A stretch of 64,000 bases of DNA. Source: an uncultured Lactobacillus sp. (GTDB taxonomy: Bacteria; Bacillota; Bacilli; Lactobacillales; Lactobacillaceae). This document shows, piece by piece, positions 32,935 through 42,904 of the stretch. The DNA lies in contig CANRQR010000003.1 of assembly GCA_947641735.1 (NCBI GenBank), positions 8,392-72,391 of the forward strand, given 5' to 3'. The position numbers and the translations under genes are program-made. The notes below the pieces were generated by a model. That model searched no databases and had not been told where the DNA came from. It worked only from the letters and a program-made list of their open reading frames with translations. How positions within the stretch are numbered: the stretch's first letter is position 1; every line of letters starts with the position of its first letter.

Positions 32935-34248
32935 CTAAGCCATTGAATCCCAGCAAGGAACAGGAGTTGCTTCGCCTTCAGCAATTTTTACTAGTTTCTT
33001 TGGTAAGTATTGCTTCTTAACTACAACTTTAAATAAGTATTCGTCAAACCATTTATCATCCATGACAAAGTAGCCTTTATCGCCGACTTTTGTTCCCCAG
33101 GAATTTTCTACTTTCCACTGACGAGGTTTACCATCAACTACATCCACACCCACAAAGGTCATTGCATGAGTTGAACCACTAGCACCAGTTTGAAGACGTT
33201 CTTTTTTATTTAACTTAGTTTCAATACCAAAAATCGTATCAGTTTCATATAAATTAGCAGCTAGAATTCCCTTTTGACGATCACTTTGCTTGCCTACATC
33301 ACAGCCAAACCAGATTGTCTCTCCATCTTTTAGCTGCTTAATTGCGGCTTCCTTAAGATTTTCAATCTTTGTATTCAAAAATCTAACTGGGCTACCGCCT
33401 TCAACATTATCTTCAAATGGAAAAGCGTAAAGCTTATCATACTCATGATCTGGAGCATTAAAGAGTACTACATAATCATCTAAGTCATCTTCAAAATAAT
33501 TGTGGAAAAAGTCTAATGGGGTAATATTTTGGTCTAACTTGTAATTGCCATCGTCATCTTTAAATTCTAGATCAAACTTTTGCACAGGTTGTCCAAAAGC
33601 AATTACAGCCATACGGTAAATTTCACTTAAATATTCTTGACGTTTTTGTTCAATTTCATCATTTTTACCGGCTTGAGCAAGTTTGCGTAAAACTAATCCA
33701 TCTTCACGTAATTTCATATTCAATGCTTGATTAAAGGCAGCTGTATTATTAGCTGTAAAACTTTCGTCTTGTGCATAAGTTGGAACCAAGCCATATTTTC
33801 TAATTAATGAAATAGCCATGTGCCATTGTCCACCATCGGTATCAGGCGCTTGTAAGTAAAAATGTACAGTACGATCATCCACAGGTTTATCCGCAGTTTC
33901 TAGAATATGATTAAAGAAAATATTTGCTCTTTCAATTCGATCCCAGAAGAAAAGATAGCTTTGTGAAAAAGTAAAGTTCTTTGTATGATATTGCTTGGCA
34001 AACTTATGACGTAAAACATTCAAAGCCGCAAACAACCAACAACGACCTGATTGCTTTTGGTCGGTCACATTATCAGTTGGAATTTCAATTGAGAAAGTTC
34101 GATTTAAATCACGGATACCCTCACCGTTGAAACTTGCTTTTTGCACACCGTTATTCACAACAGCCAATTCAGCAATTTTATTTTGCTTATTTTGTTGATA
34201 ATCTTGTTGAAATTTTGCAATTTCATCTAGCGTAAGTTCATGAGTCAT
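32935..34248 (-). CDS. C1B cysteine peptidase (PepC/PepG-like paralog)
   Basis: QKQSGRCWLFA, DGGQW, THAM, WKVENSWG. Confidence 0.92.
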   Translation of the reverse strand: MTHELTLDEIAKFQQDYQQNKQNKIAELAVVNNGVQKASFNGEGIRDLNRTFSIEIPTDNVTDQKQSGRCWLFAALNVLRHKFAKQYHTKNFTFSQSYLFFWDRIERANIFFNHILETADKPVDDRTVHFYLQAPDTDGGQWHMAISLIRKYGLVPTYAQDESFTANNTAAFNQALNMKLREDGLVLRKLAQAGKNDEIEQKRQEYLSEIYRMAVIAFGQPVQKFDLEFKDDDGNYKLDQNITPLDFFHNYFEDDLDDYVVLFNAPDHEYDKLYAFPFEDNVEGGSPVRFLNTKIENLKEAAIKQLKDGETIWFGCDVGKQSDRQKGILAANLYETDTIFGIETKLNKKERLQTGASGSTHAMTFVGVDVVDGKPRQWKVENSWGTKVGDKGYFVMDDKWFDEYLFKVVVKKQYLPKKLVKIAEGEATPVPCWDSMA

Positions 34249-34353
34249 ATTAATTCTTCTTTCATAAATTATTTATACTATTTATAATAATTATAAAAAG
34301 GGATCGCCTTTTTGACCATCCCTAGAATTTTTTTGTTACTAAATTATTCACTA

Positions 34354-34426
34354 AGCCGTTTCCCAGATTTGAACTGGGGACCTCCTCCTTACCACGGCGG
34401 TGCTCTACCTCCTGAGCTAAAACGGC
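34354..34426 (-). tRNA. tRNA-Thr(GGT)
   Basis: - strand GCCGTTT TA GCTC AGGAGGTA GAGC A CCGCC GTGGTAA GGAGG AGGTC CCCAG TTCAAAT CTGGG AAACGGC T. Confidence 0.9.
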
Positions 34427-34496
34427 AGATATCAATTTAATTATAGCAAAAAGGACTAGGAACGTTTTTACATTCCTAGTCCTTAATTTTTATTTA

Positions 34497-35759
34497 TTAC
34501 TTAATTTTAACTAAAGTATACTTTCTCTTACCCTTACGGATAATTACATATTTTCCATCAAAATCACTATCTGGTTCGATGATAAAGTCAATATCATCCT
34601 GACGTTCGCCGTTTACGTAAATCGCACCATTCTTAACGTCTTCACGTGCTTGGCGCTTAGAAGGTTCAATCTTAGTTTCAACCAAAAATTCTACAATATT
34701 CTTAGCCTCATGAGTTGCTTCAGCACTTGGAGCGTTCTTTAAAGCTTGTTCAATTTGAGGAACTGATAGACTCTTAACATTACCTGAGAACAATGCTTCG
34801 GTAATCATTTGAGCTTCCTTTAAGCCTTCTTCACCGTGAACAAACTTGGTAACTTCTTCTGCTAATCTCTTTTGAGCAGCACGTTTCCAAGGTTCTTTTT
34901 CAGTCTTTTCAGCTAAATCTTCAATTTCTTCACGAGATAAGAAAGTAAAGTACTTAAGATATTTAACTACATCACGGTCATCTTGGTTAATCCAGAATTG
35001 GTAGAATTCATAAGGACTGGTCTTTTCAGGATCAAGCCAAACAGCTCCACCAGCAGACTTACCAAACTTGGTACCATCAGCCTTAAGCATTAATGGAATA
35101 GTTAAACCAAATGCTGGACGATCTGAACTTTCAAGTTTGTGAATCAAGTCAATTCCGGCAGTAATGTTACCCCATTGGTCACTACCACCAATTTGCATTT
35201 GAACGCCATTATCTTTATTCAAATGATAGAAATCAATAGCTTGCAAAATTTGGTAAGAAAATTCAGTAAATGAAATTCCGTTTTCGAGACGACTAGCAAC
35301 AACATCTTTGTTAATCATGTTATTAACTTGGAAGAACTTACCATAGTCACGCAAGAAATCAAGCAAATTCATCTTACCAAGCCATTCCGCATTGTTGCGA
35401 ATTTCAAAGTTTTCAGTTCCAAATAACTTCTTCATTTGAGCAGTTAACTTTTCTTCGTTGTGCTTAACTTGCTCAGCTGTTTGAAGAGTACGTTCAGTCT
35501 TTCGACCGGATGGGTCTCCAATTGCACCAGTTCCCCCACCAATTAAAATTACTGGGTGATAACCTGCCATTTGGAATCTCTTCAAAATCATGAAAGGAAT
35601 AAGGTGACCAATGTGAAGTGAATCTCCAGTTGGATCAGTTCCGCAGTAAAGAGCCAAATCATCATGTTCAGCTAAGTACTTGCGCAAACCTTCTTCATCA
35701 GTTTCTTGATTAATAGCTCCACGCCATTTTAAATCTTCTAAAATATCAAATTTTGCCAT
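34497..35759 (-). CDS. tyrS: Tyrosyl-tRNA synthetase
   Basis: YCGTDPTGDSLHIGH, QIGGSDQWGNI, KFGKS, S4 domain; AGGAG RBS before ATG 35759. Confidence 0.97.
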   Translation of the reverse strand: MAKFDILEDLKWRGAINQETDEEGLRKYLAEHDDLALYCGTDPTGDSLHIGHLIPFMILKRFQMAGYHPVILIGGGTGAIGDPSGRKTERTLQTAEQVKHNEEKLTAQMKKLFGTENFEIRNNAEWLGKMNLLDFLRDYGKFFQVNNMINKDVVASRLENGISFTEFSYQILQAIDFYHLNKDNGVQMQIGGSDQWGNITAGIDLIHKLESSDRPAFGLTIPLMLKADGTKFGKSAGGAVWLDPEKTSPYEFYQFWINQDDRDVVKYLKYFTFLSREEIEDLAEKTEKEPWKRAAQKRLAEEVTKFVHGEEGLKEAQMITEALFSGNVKSLSVPQIEQALKNAPSAEATHEAKNIVEFLVETKIEPSKRQAREDVKNGAIYVNGERQDDIDFIIEPDSDFDGKYVIIRKGKRKYTLVKIK

Positions 35760-35775
35760 AAAATTTTCTCCTAAC

Positions 35776-35985
35776 AAAAACGTCCCTAGACTTCTTTCGA
35801 AATCTAGGGACGACCAAATTACTTTATTAGCCGTGGTACCACCCACGTTTACGCCTAATGCGCCTTAAATATAGTTGATACGGAAACTACCCCACCATGT
35901 ACTTCGCTCACTTAACCTGCCTAGCTCACACCAACCGCTAGTTCTCTGAACACTGAATTAAGTTGCTACTATTATTACCTATGAT
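35776..35985 (-). ncRNA. T-box leader (Tyr specifier UAC)
   Basis: - strand AGTA, AGAGA, GGTGTGA, GAAG-TAC specifier, T-box GGGTGGTACCACGG, terminator cgtccctaga/tctagggacg-U5. Confidence 0.93.
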
Positions 35986-36016
35986 CATAAGGGAGAATGT
36001 CTATTTAGTCAACTGC

Positions 36017-38950
36017 TTATTTATAAAAGCCCTTAAGCTTTAAGCTGTATCCTTTCCCTGCAGACATATCATATTGAATTAATTGATAATCCTTTAGTAA
36101 CTCTTTTTGTTTCTTAGTTAATTTCTTCTCAGAAACTTGCTTACCATTTTGATCGATTAATTCAAAGCCATCATCTCCAGAATAGTTAATAGTGATAGCA
36201 GGTAATTCTTGATAAATCTTAGTAAGCAACGCTTGATAAGCTGTTACTTTTGAATTAGTTTGCTCTAAAGCCATTGGAATAAAGGAAGCTGTTGAGACAT
36301 ATTTATTTGGCTTGATTTTACTCTTAGCACCATGCTCACGGGCATACTTATTTGAATAGATAAAGTAGTTAGTTGCGTGTAATTTTACCGGATACTTGCT
36401 TAATTGTGTCTGATCAATAATTGCTGGGTAGTGGTCACCATAGAATACAAGGGTAATTGGCTTGTTGATTTTATCAATCTGTTTAATAAACTTTTTCACA
36501 GCCTTATCTGTGTATTCAATACCTTTAGTGTAGGCAGCAAAACTATTTTTAATATTTTCATCAGAAATTAGAGATCCACTAACATTTTCTTTATATTCAT
36601 TTGGAGAGTAATAATCACCATATGGAATGTGGTTTTGCATTGAAATTAAATTGATAAACTGACCATCTTTTTGACTATTAATTTGTCGTAAGCCATTTTG
36701 ATAAGCTGTCTCATCAGATAAATATGGATTAGTTCCGATAGTCTTTTTATCATAAATCTTATACTTCGAGCCTAAGTACGCGAATTTATTAAATTTAAAA
36801 CGACGATAATTATCAATTCGGCCGTAGAATGTACCATTGAATGGATGTAAGGCACTGCTGTACTTAAAGTCCATCCCAATTGTTGGATAAAACTTGTAAC
36901 GAGATGTCACTTGCGTGTATGGCGTGATTGCAGTAGAAAATACTCCCATGTTAAATCCAGTTAAGGATTCATATTCCATATTTCCAGTTCCGCCACCATA
37001 ACCAGCACTAAGCATGTGACCAGAAGTAGTGGTTGTCATCAACTTTCGAATATATTTAATTGGATCTCGAACATCATTAGAAATCTTAACACTTGGGAAT
37101 TCTTTTGGATCAACAAAACTTTCGCTAAGATTAAAGACAAGTGTTTGATCACTTAACTTATTCTTTCTCGTCTTATTAATGCTTACTGCTTCATTCTGAT
37201 ATTTTTCAACTACTTTTTTTATGGAACTTTCTGAGTAATTAGCTGGCTTATCCATGATCGGCACTTTAATAAAGTCTAGAAAAGTCAGAATTGAGCCGTT
37301 AGCCCCCGTGCTATCTGGTGGATTTCTAAAGTTAGGACTATTATCAAAACCTTTTGAAATATAATAGATCGGTGAATTTTCATCGTTAAACCACAAAGGT
37401 GTAATTAAAACTAAGAGGCTAATAACCAATTTTACCCAACTTGATTTTTTACGCTTGAGGGTAATTGGAAACTTCTTTTCTAAAAAGACAATTATAGCGA
37501 TTAAGACAGCCAATCCAATTAAAATATAAATCAAATTGTTTGTCCCCATCATTGGAATTAAGGTCTTCCAATTAACAATTTCACCAATTTCGGTTGGATA
37601 AACGGGCTCTTCTCTCAAGCTCATTTTAATGCCGTTAGCAATCGCAATTCCTATCCCTAAAATAGTCGGAATACTTGCTGCTACCCAGAAGCGCTTGGTA
37701 AGTACATAAAAGACTTCAAAACACGCTAGAAGAAAAATACTGGACAAGATGACAGTGCCAAGTCTATTAGTAAAAATATAAGTCAACGTAACGTTAACAT
37801 TACTCTTAAATGTAAAGAAACCAATAATACTTACAACCATAAAATATGCAAAGAGACATATTATTGGCCTATGCTTCTTAAGGAAATTCAAGCCGCTGTT
37901 TAATAGATTAAGAAGATCATTTAAATCTGTACCAGTAAATTTATTCAGGAAGTTTTGTACATGCTTGTTTGAAAGAACAAATCTATTAAAAATAAAGTTA
38001 ATAATAAAACTTGCAATCAATAAGGACAAAATTAAGAGAAAAGTGACTTTTTTACTAACAGGAGCCAGTAATAATTGAAGCTTTTCCTTCCATAAAGTCA
38101 TTCCGTAAGCAGTGGTCCCAAAGATAATTGCAGGAATTAAAAGAGATAATGCACTATGTGATACATCTACCAACCATTTTCTAAAAAGCAATCCACCAGT
38201 TACTACAAATAAGATCATTAATGGTGATGACGGACTCATTAACAAGCTCGTATTCCATGCCATATTCATCTGGGTGAAGACAACGGCTTGTGGAGTTTGA
38301 ATTGGTATTAATTGAATAGTGAAATAATAAACTGCGGGAAGCAAGATTACTGTTGCCACTGTTAAGGCAGCTACTAGCCTCTTAGATACAGTAATTTTTG
38401 AAATAAGCATTCCCCAGGCAAATGGCAATACCAAATAGAGACCAAAAATACTATAGCTAGTTAAAAACGAATTACCTGCACTTAAGGTAAAGATCAAAAT
38501 TGTAATTGTAGTTAATAACAAAACATTTTGCTTAGTACTTAACTTATTTTGCAGCCTAAAAATAAAAGGTTGAAAGAATAAAGAAATGATAATCCCACTA
38601 AATAAGGCTGATGTACTTGTTAAAACGGGAAAGAAGATTCCCCATAAGTTCCAAGCTGAGAAAAATTGCGGTAAAGAAATAACGAAAACAAGATAAAAGA
38701 TGACTAAAGTAATTACTCCTTCAAGCCAACTTTTAACTGATTCCTTAAAACTGTATTCCTTATTGCCGTAGCTCATCCCATGCCAAACTATCACAGCTAG
38801 CTCTACTAAACCAATCATTAAACCAATTTTAGTTCGGCCAGCAACGGTTGGCGGATTATAATTCCAAAAGCCTAAGGTTTGAATTAATATTCCCAGCAGT
38901 AAAACTATAAGTAAAATCCACTGGATTGTCTTTTTCAATACTGATTTCAT
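36017..38950 (-). CDS. LTA synthase-family sulfatase/phosphoglycerol transferase with a long N-terminal membrane extension
   Basis: LSESF, GGGTGNMEYESLTG (catalytic Thr), SMQNHIPY, FYGDH; ~350 extra hydrophobic N-terminal residues. Confidence 0.85.
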   Translation of the reverse strand: MKSVLKKTIQWILLIVLLLGILIQTLGFWNYNPPTVAGRTKIGLMIGLVELAVIVWHGMSYGNKEYSFKESVKSWLEGVITLVIFYLVFVISLPQFFSAWNLWGIFFPVLTSTSALFSGIIISLFFQPFIFRLQNKLSTKQNVLLLTTITILIFTLSAGNSFLTSYSIFGLYLVLPFAWGMLISKITVSKRLVAALTVATVILLPAVYYFTIQLIPIQTPQAVVFTQMNMAWNTSLLMSPSSPLMILFVVTGGLLFRKWLVDVSHSALSLLIPAIIFGTTAYGMTLWKEKLQLLLAPVSKKVTFLLILSLLIASFIINFIFNRFVLSNKHVQNFLNKFTGTDLNDLLNLLNSGLNFLKKHRPIICLFAYFMVVSIIGFFTFKSNVNVTLTYIFTNRLGTVILSSIFLLACFEVFYVLTKRFWVAASIPTILGIGIAIANGIKMSLREEPVYPTEIGEIVNWKTLIPMMGTNNLIYILIGLAVLIAIIVFLEKKFPITLKRKKSSWVKLVISLLVLITPLWFNDENSPIYYISKGFDNSPNFRNPPDSTGANGSILTFLDFIKVPIMDKPANYSESSIKKVVEKYQNEAVSINKTRKNKLSDQTLVFNLSESFVDPKEFPSVKISNDVRDPIKYIRKLMTTTTSGHMLSAGYGGGTGNMEYESLTGFNMGVFSTAITPYTQVTSRYKFYPTIGMDFKYSSALHPFNGTFYGRIDNYRRFKFNKFAYLGSKYKIYDKKTIGTNPYLSDETAYQNGLRQINSQKDGQFINLISMQNHIPYGDYYSPNEYKENVSGSLISDENIKNSFAAYTKGIEYTDKAVKKFIKQIDKINKPITLVFYGDHYPAIIDQTQLSKYPVKLHATNYFIYSNKYAREHGAKSKIKPNKYVSTASFIPMALEQTNSKVTAYQALLTKIYQELPAITINYSGDDGFELIDQNGKQVSEKKLTKKQKELLKDYQLIQYDMSAGKGYSLKLKGFYK

Positions 38951-39567
38951 TTGTATATCCCTAACTTTTTCTTAATTGTGACTAATACATCCACACGCTT
39001 ACCCTTACCAGTAAAGAAATCGACAATATCTTTTCTAAATTGAAAAATCATGATTAAGGTAGCAATTAAAAAGATTAACCCTTGTTCCCGGCCAAAATTA
39101 ATCCAAGTAAAAATGCTGAATCCTAACATATAGACCAACGGTGGTATAGTAAGGTTCTTCATAATAATGACTAAAAATAGGCCAATTAATAAAGCAATTA
39201 AGCCCGCTCTCCAATCAAAAAAGACAATCCACAAAGCAGTGACTGCTACTCCTTTACCACCCTTAAAATGATTCCAAAATGGGAAAGAATGTCCTAAAAC
39301 CACTCCAAGACCTGCAAAAGACAAATCTAGACGATTACCATGATAAATAAAGTAAACAATTAACAAAGCAGCTAAAGTTTTGGCTAAATCACCAATGCAA
39401 GTCAGAATACCCCATTTTTTACCAAAAACTGCTCCGACATTAGCCGTTCCTGGATTACCAGAACCGTATTTAGTCGGATCTTTATGCAAAAATATTTTTG
39501 TAACAATCATAGCAAAAAGGATATTTCCGAGGAAATATCCTATTACTAGTGAAATTAATTCATTCAT
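38947..39567 (-). CDS. PlsY-family acyltransferase, divergent paralog
   Basis: GSGNPGTANV, GHSFP, FKGGKGVA; motif 3 altered. Confidence 0.8.
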   Translation of the reverse strand: MNELISLVIGYFLGNILFAMIVTKIFLHKDPTKYGSGNPGTANVGAVFGKKWGILTCIGDLAKTLAALLIVYFIYHGNRLDLSFAGLGVVLGHSFPFWNHFKGGKGVAVTALWIVFFDWRAGLIALLIGLFLVIIMKNLTIPPLVYMLGFSIFTWINFGREQGLIFLIATLIMIFQFRKDIVDFFTGKGKRVDVLVTIKKKLGIYK

Positions 39568-40676
39568 TAATAAGCACGATCTCCGTTCCATAATTCATCT
39601 GTGTAAGGATCATATATGTAGTATACCTGATTAGAACTACCAGTAGTCCAATCAAATTGAGAATTCATTGAATTTTGATAAGTTTCATTATTATCAATAT
39701 CCATTGAATCTAAGCCAAGATCATTTCGTACAATATTGGAAACTCTTTGCAACTCACGATCAGACATAACCTGATATGAAGCGTCCCCAATCATGGCTCC
39801 TACACCATGCATGTAATCACTAGACATATTCTTTGCTGAACTACGGTAGTTCTTTCCAATTTTAACTAATGAATTAAAGGTTAAATTAGTTCTTAAACTA
39901 GTAGAAAGAGAACTTAAAATTGAATTTAAATTCTTTAGAGTATTAACTGACATTGCATGATCTAAAACAGACATGATAACTTCACGCTGACGCAACTGTC
40001 TACCATAATCTCCTCGAGGATCATCATAACGCATTCTCGAGTAAGCCAATGCTTGACTACCATTTAAATGGACTGTTTTTCCTTTAGTAAAAGTATAGCC
40101 ATCGTAAGTAAAAGTTAATGGCGGAGTAACTGTAACGCCACCTACACCATCAACAATCTTTTTCATTCCGCCCATATTCATTGAAATATAATATTTAATC
40201 GGCACATTAAGAACTTTACTGGTAGTATTCATCGCCATCTTCGCACCACCAATATTATAAGCGGCATTAATTTTATGAACACTAAAGTTTTCAGTTCCAA
40301 TCATACGTGCCATTGTATCACGCGGAATAGACATTAAAGATAATTTCTTCTTGGCTGGATTAACAGTCATTAAGATCATCGTATCAGAATTACCACGAAC
40401 TTCTTTTCTGCCAAAGGCTCCTGTATCAGTTCCTAATAAGAGAATGTTGAATGGCTCTTTACCAGAAAAGCTATCTTGTTTTACAGCTGTTTTGGGATCA
40501 TAAGTTTTATCAAACGCATTTTTAGCCTTAAGATATACTGAACCTGCGTAAACTCCAAATCCTAAAACTATCACTAAAATAACTGTAACAATGATATAGA
40601 TTGGCTTTTTCTTATTATGTTTTTCCTTGTTCATCTCAACTCTTGAGAGAACCGGTTCTTTGGGCTTTTTATCCAT
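39567..40676 (-). CDS. LCP (LytR-CpsA-Psr) family protein
   Basis: Single TM, LLLGTD, SDT, SIPRDT, KINAAY, RMRYDDPRGDYGRQLRQ. Confidence 0.93.
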   Translation of the reverse strand: MDKKPKEPVLSRVEMNKEKHNKKKPIYIIVTVILVIVLGFGVYAGSVYLKAKNAFDKTYDPKTAVKQDSFSGKEPFNILLLGTDTGAFGRKEVRGNSDTMILMTVNPAKKKLSLMSIPRDTMARMIGTENFSVHKINAAYNIGGAKMAMNTTSKVLNVPIKYYISMNMGGMKKIVDGVGGVTVTPPLTFTYDGYTFTKGKTVHLNGSQALAYSRMRYDDPRGDYGRQLRQREVIMSVLDHAMSVNTLKNLNSILSSLSTSLRTNLTFNSLVKIGKNYRSSAKNMSSDYMHGVGAMIGDASYQVMSDRELQRVSNIVRNDLGLDSMDIDNNETYQNSMNSQFDWTTGSSNQVYYIYDPYTDELWNGDRAY

Positions 40677-40804
40677 AATATTCTTTCTCAAACTTTCTTA
40701 AAACAAGGATATTATAGCAAAATTACACTCTTAAAAGTCTATTATGCCAAATCTTAACTAATTAGTAAAAAAGAGGAAAACTTAAATTGCTTTCCTCTTA
40801 ATAT

Positions 40805-41686
40805 TTATTCTAAAGTAATTGTAGTTGAGAAGTGAGAACTTTCATTTGGTGCTAAGAGATTATTCCCCTCTTTTTTCATCCAATCTGTCAATTCATCACT
40901 CTTGATATCAGGTAAACCAGCAAACGGCCCCATGCATAAAAACTTAGCTTCTGGATCACTCATGGTCCATAGCGCTATATATGGAAAATCTTCCAACGTT
41001 AAAGAAATTTTATGTTCTGATTTTGCACTACTTAACTCAACACCAGTTAAACCTGGATTATTAATAATGATCAAACCATTATCAAATTCCGCATACGATA
41101 GTGGCAAAGTTCCCTTTTGTGCATTAGGTACTGGAATAACCTTCCCATTTCTAAATGGAATTGGATCAATTTGAAACTGAGTTAATTCTGTCACTTCTGG
41201 GCTTAAAGTTAACTCATAGTCTGAAAATTCCAATTCATCTCCAGCTATTGGCACATTAAAGCCTGGGTGAAAACCAAGTCCAAATGGCATCGTTTCTTCT
41301 GAATTATTTTTAACTAAAAATTCTATCTTTAATTGATTAGCTTCTAACGTATAGGTAACCATTAAACTAAAATGAAATGGATAAACAGCTAGAGTCTCTT
41401 CATTTTCAGTTAAAGTCAGACTTACTCGATCGTCTCCCTTGTCAACTACTGTCCATGGATAATCACGAGCAAAGCCATGTTGCTTCATTTCATATATTTT
41501 CCCATTTAAAATATACTTATTGTCATTTGATTTTCCGATTGCCGGAAAAAGAATTGGAGCATGTCTTTCCCATTCGCTCCCATTCCAAATATAGTCGGCA
41601 TTAGTAGTCTTATCAACTACATGAGTAAGTTGAGCACCGATCTCATTAATTTCAACCTTTAACTGGTTGTTTTCAATTGCTAGCAT
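40805..41686 (-). CDS. Aldose 1-epimerase family (LacX-like)
   Basis: APILFP.IG, HGFARD, GFHPGF; C-terminal motif reads CMGP. Confidence 0.85.
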   Translation of the reverse strand: MLAIENNQLKVEINEIGAQLTHVVDKTTNADYIWNGSEWERHAPILFPAIGKSNDNKYILNGKIYEMKQHGFARDYPWTVVDKGDDRVSLTLTENEETLAVYPFHFSLMVTYTLEANQLKIEFLVKNNSEETMPFGLGFHPGFNVPIAGDELEFSDYELTLSPEVTELTQFQIDPIPFRNGKVIPVPNAQKGTLPLSYAEFDNGLIIINNPGLTGVELSSAKSEHKISLTLEDFPYIALWTMSDPEAKFLCMGPFAGLPDIKSDELTDWMKKEGNNLLAPNESSHFSTTITLE

Positions 41687-41969
41687 CCATTGTCCTCCTA
41701 AACAATTTCGACCAATCCCATTTTGAAAATATCACGCCATACTCAATATGTCAACTGTAAGCGATAATATATAGTTTATCATTGAATTTATTATTTCTTT
41801 ATTTGTTATATAACTTGAGAAATTCTTTATAGCACACGATTATATTTAACTTGACTTTTAATTTGGTTCTAATACAATTAAAAGTGTTCTAATACTAAAA
41901 ATGATTTAAGAATTAGGACAAGTTGATACAAAAAAAGGCATCCCAGACGTGGGATGCTTTTTTTATTCC

Positions 41970-42833
41970 TTAGAATAATGTAGTTAACATTGCACCGCCA
42001 ATAATTAAAATTAGGCCTGCAATGGTAAAAATCAAGCCGTTGCGAGTTTTCTTTTCGTGTAAGAAAATCAAGCCACCTAAAGTAGAAATCACTACACAAA
42101 GTTGTGAAATAACGAAAGCCATGTTAACTCCGTTATCTTGAACAGAAAGAATATAAGCTAGTGCAGCAATTGCATAAAGAATACCTGCTCCACCACTTTG
42201 AACTGTAGATTTTTCTTTCCAAACATGTAAATTCTTAGTAACTAATGTATAAATAAATACGGCTACTAACATACCAAGGGTTTGACCAAAGAAGATTGAA
42301 ATACTGCTTCCATGTAAAGCCTTTGGAATGGAGCTTGAAGTAATGTATCCAAGCGAAGTAAGTACAAGCAAAATAATAGTACTTACTTGGTTAGACTTGT
42401 TTCCTTCGCTTGTTCCGCGATCAGTCAATGAAGTCAAAACAACTCCAACGATCAAAACAAGAATTCCAATAAAACCATATAGCTTAGCTTGTGGACTGCT
42501 CCATTCACCAAAAGCGAGCACACCGACAAGAGGCACACCAATTAACTGCAAACCGGTTGAAATTGGCATAGTTTCAGAAACACCAATTTTTTCATAAGAA
42601 ATATATTGACCAACTTGACCAATCACCCAGCAAGCTCCTCCTAATGCAGAAAGCAAGAAGAGTGACCAGCTCATTGCTGGATGCATGATTGCCATTACAA
42701 TTGCGCCAAAAACAAATGAAGCAGCAACAGTACCAACGATTTGATTATAAACTGTACTATTCTTTACACTTGCAATAACTAAGGGCATAAGTCCCCAGCC
42801 GATTGCTGGTAAAAACAAATAAACATATTTCAT
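41970..42833 (-). CDS. GRP-family glucose/ribose uptake protein (GlcU-like)
   Basis: PAIGWG, GVSETMPISTGLQL, STLGG..LHEKK; about 10 TM. Confidence 0.85.
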   Translation of the reverse strand: MKYVYLFLPAIGWGLMPLVIASVKNSTVYNQIVGTVAASFVFGAIVMAIMHPAMSWSLFLLSALGGACWVIGQVGQYISYEKIGVSETMPISTGLQLIGVPLVGVLAFGEWSSPQAKLYGFIGILVLIVGVVLTSLTDRGTSEGNKSNQVSTIILLVLTSLGYITSSSIPKALHGSSISIFFGQTLGMLVAVFIYTLVTKNLHVWKEKSTVQSGGAGILYAIAALAYILSVQDNGVNMAFVISQLCVVISTLGGLIFLHEKKTRNGLIFTIAGLILIIGGAMLTTLF

Positions 42834-42904
42834 AATTTTGTATCTCTCCTAAATTTTTAAACAATTAATTCTATCAAGGATCGATACAGTCTGACAAGAG
42901 CTAA

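Noticed and set aside
34497-35846. 449-aa tyrS start given by the ORF track
   Set aside because: The extension runs through the T-box antiterminator/terminator; the RBS supports ATG 35759
41878-42099. 73-aa ORF overlapping the glcU-like 3' end
   Set aside because: Alternate frame crossing a terminator; no coding features
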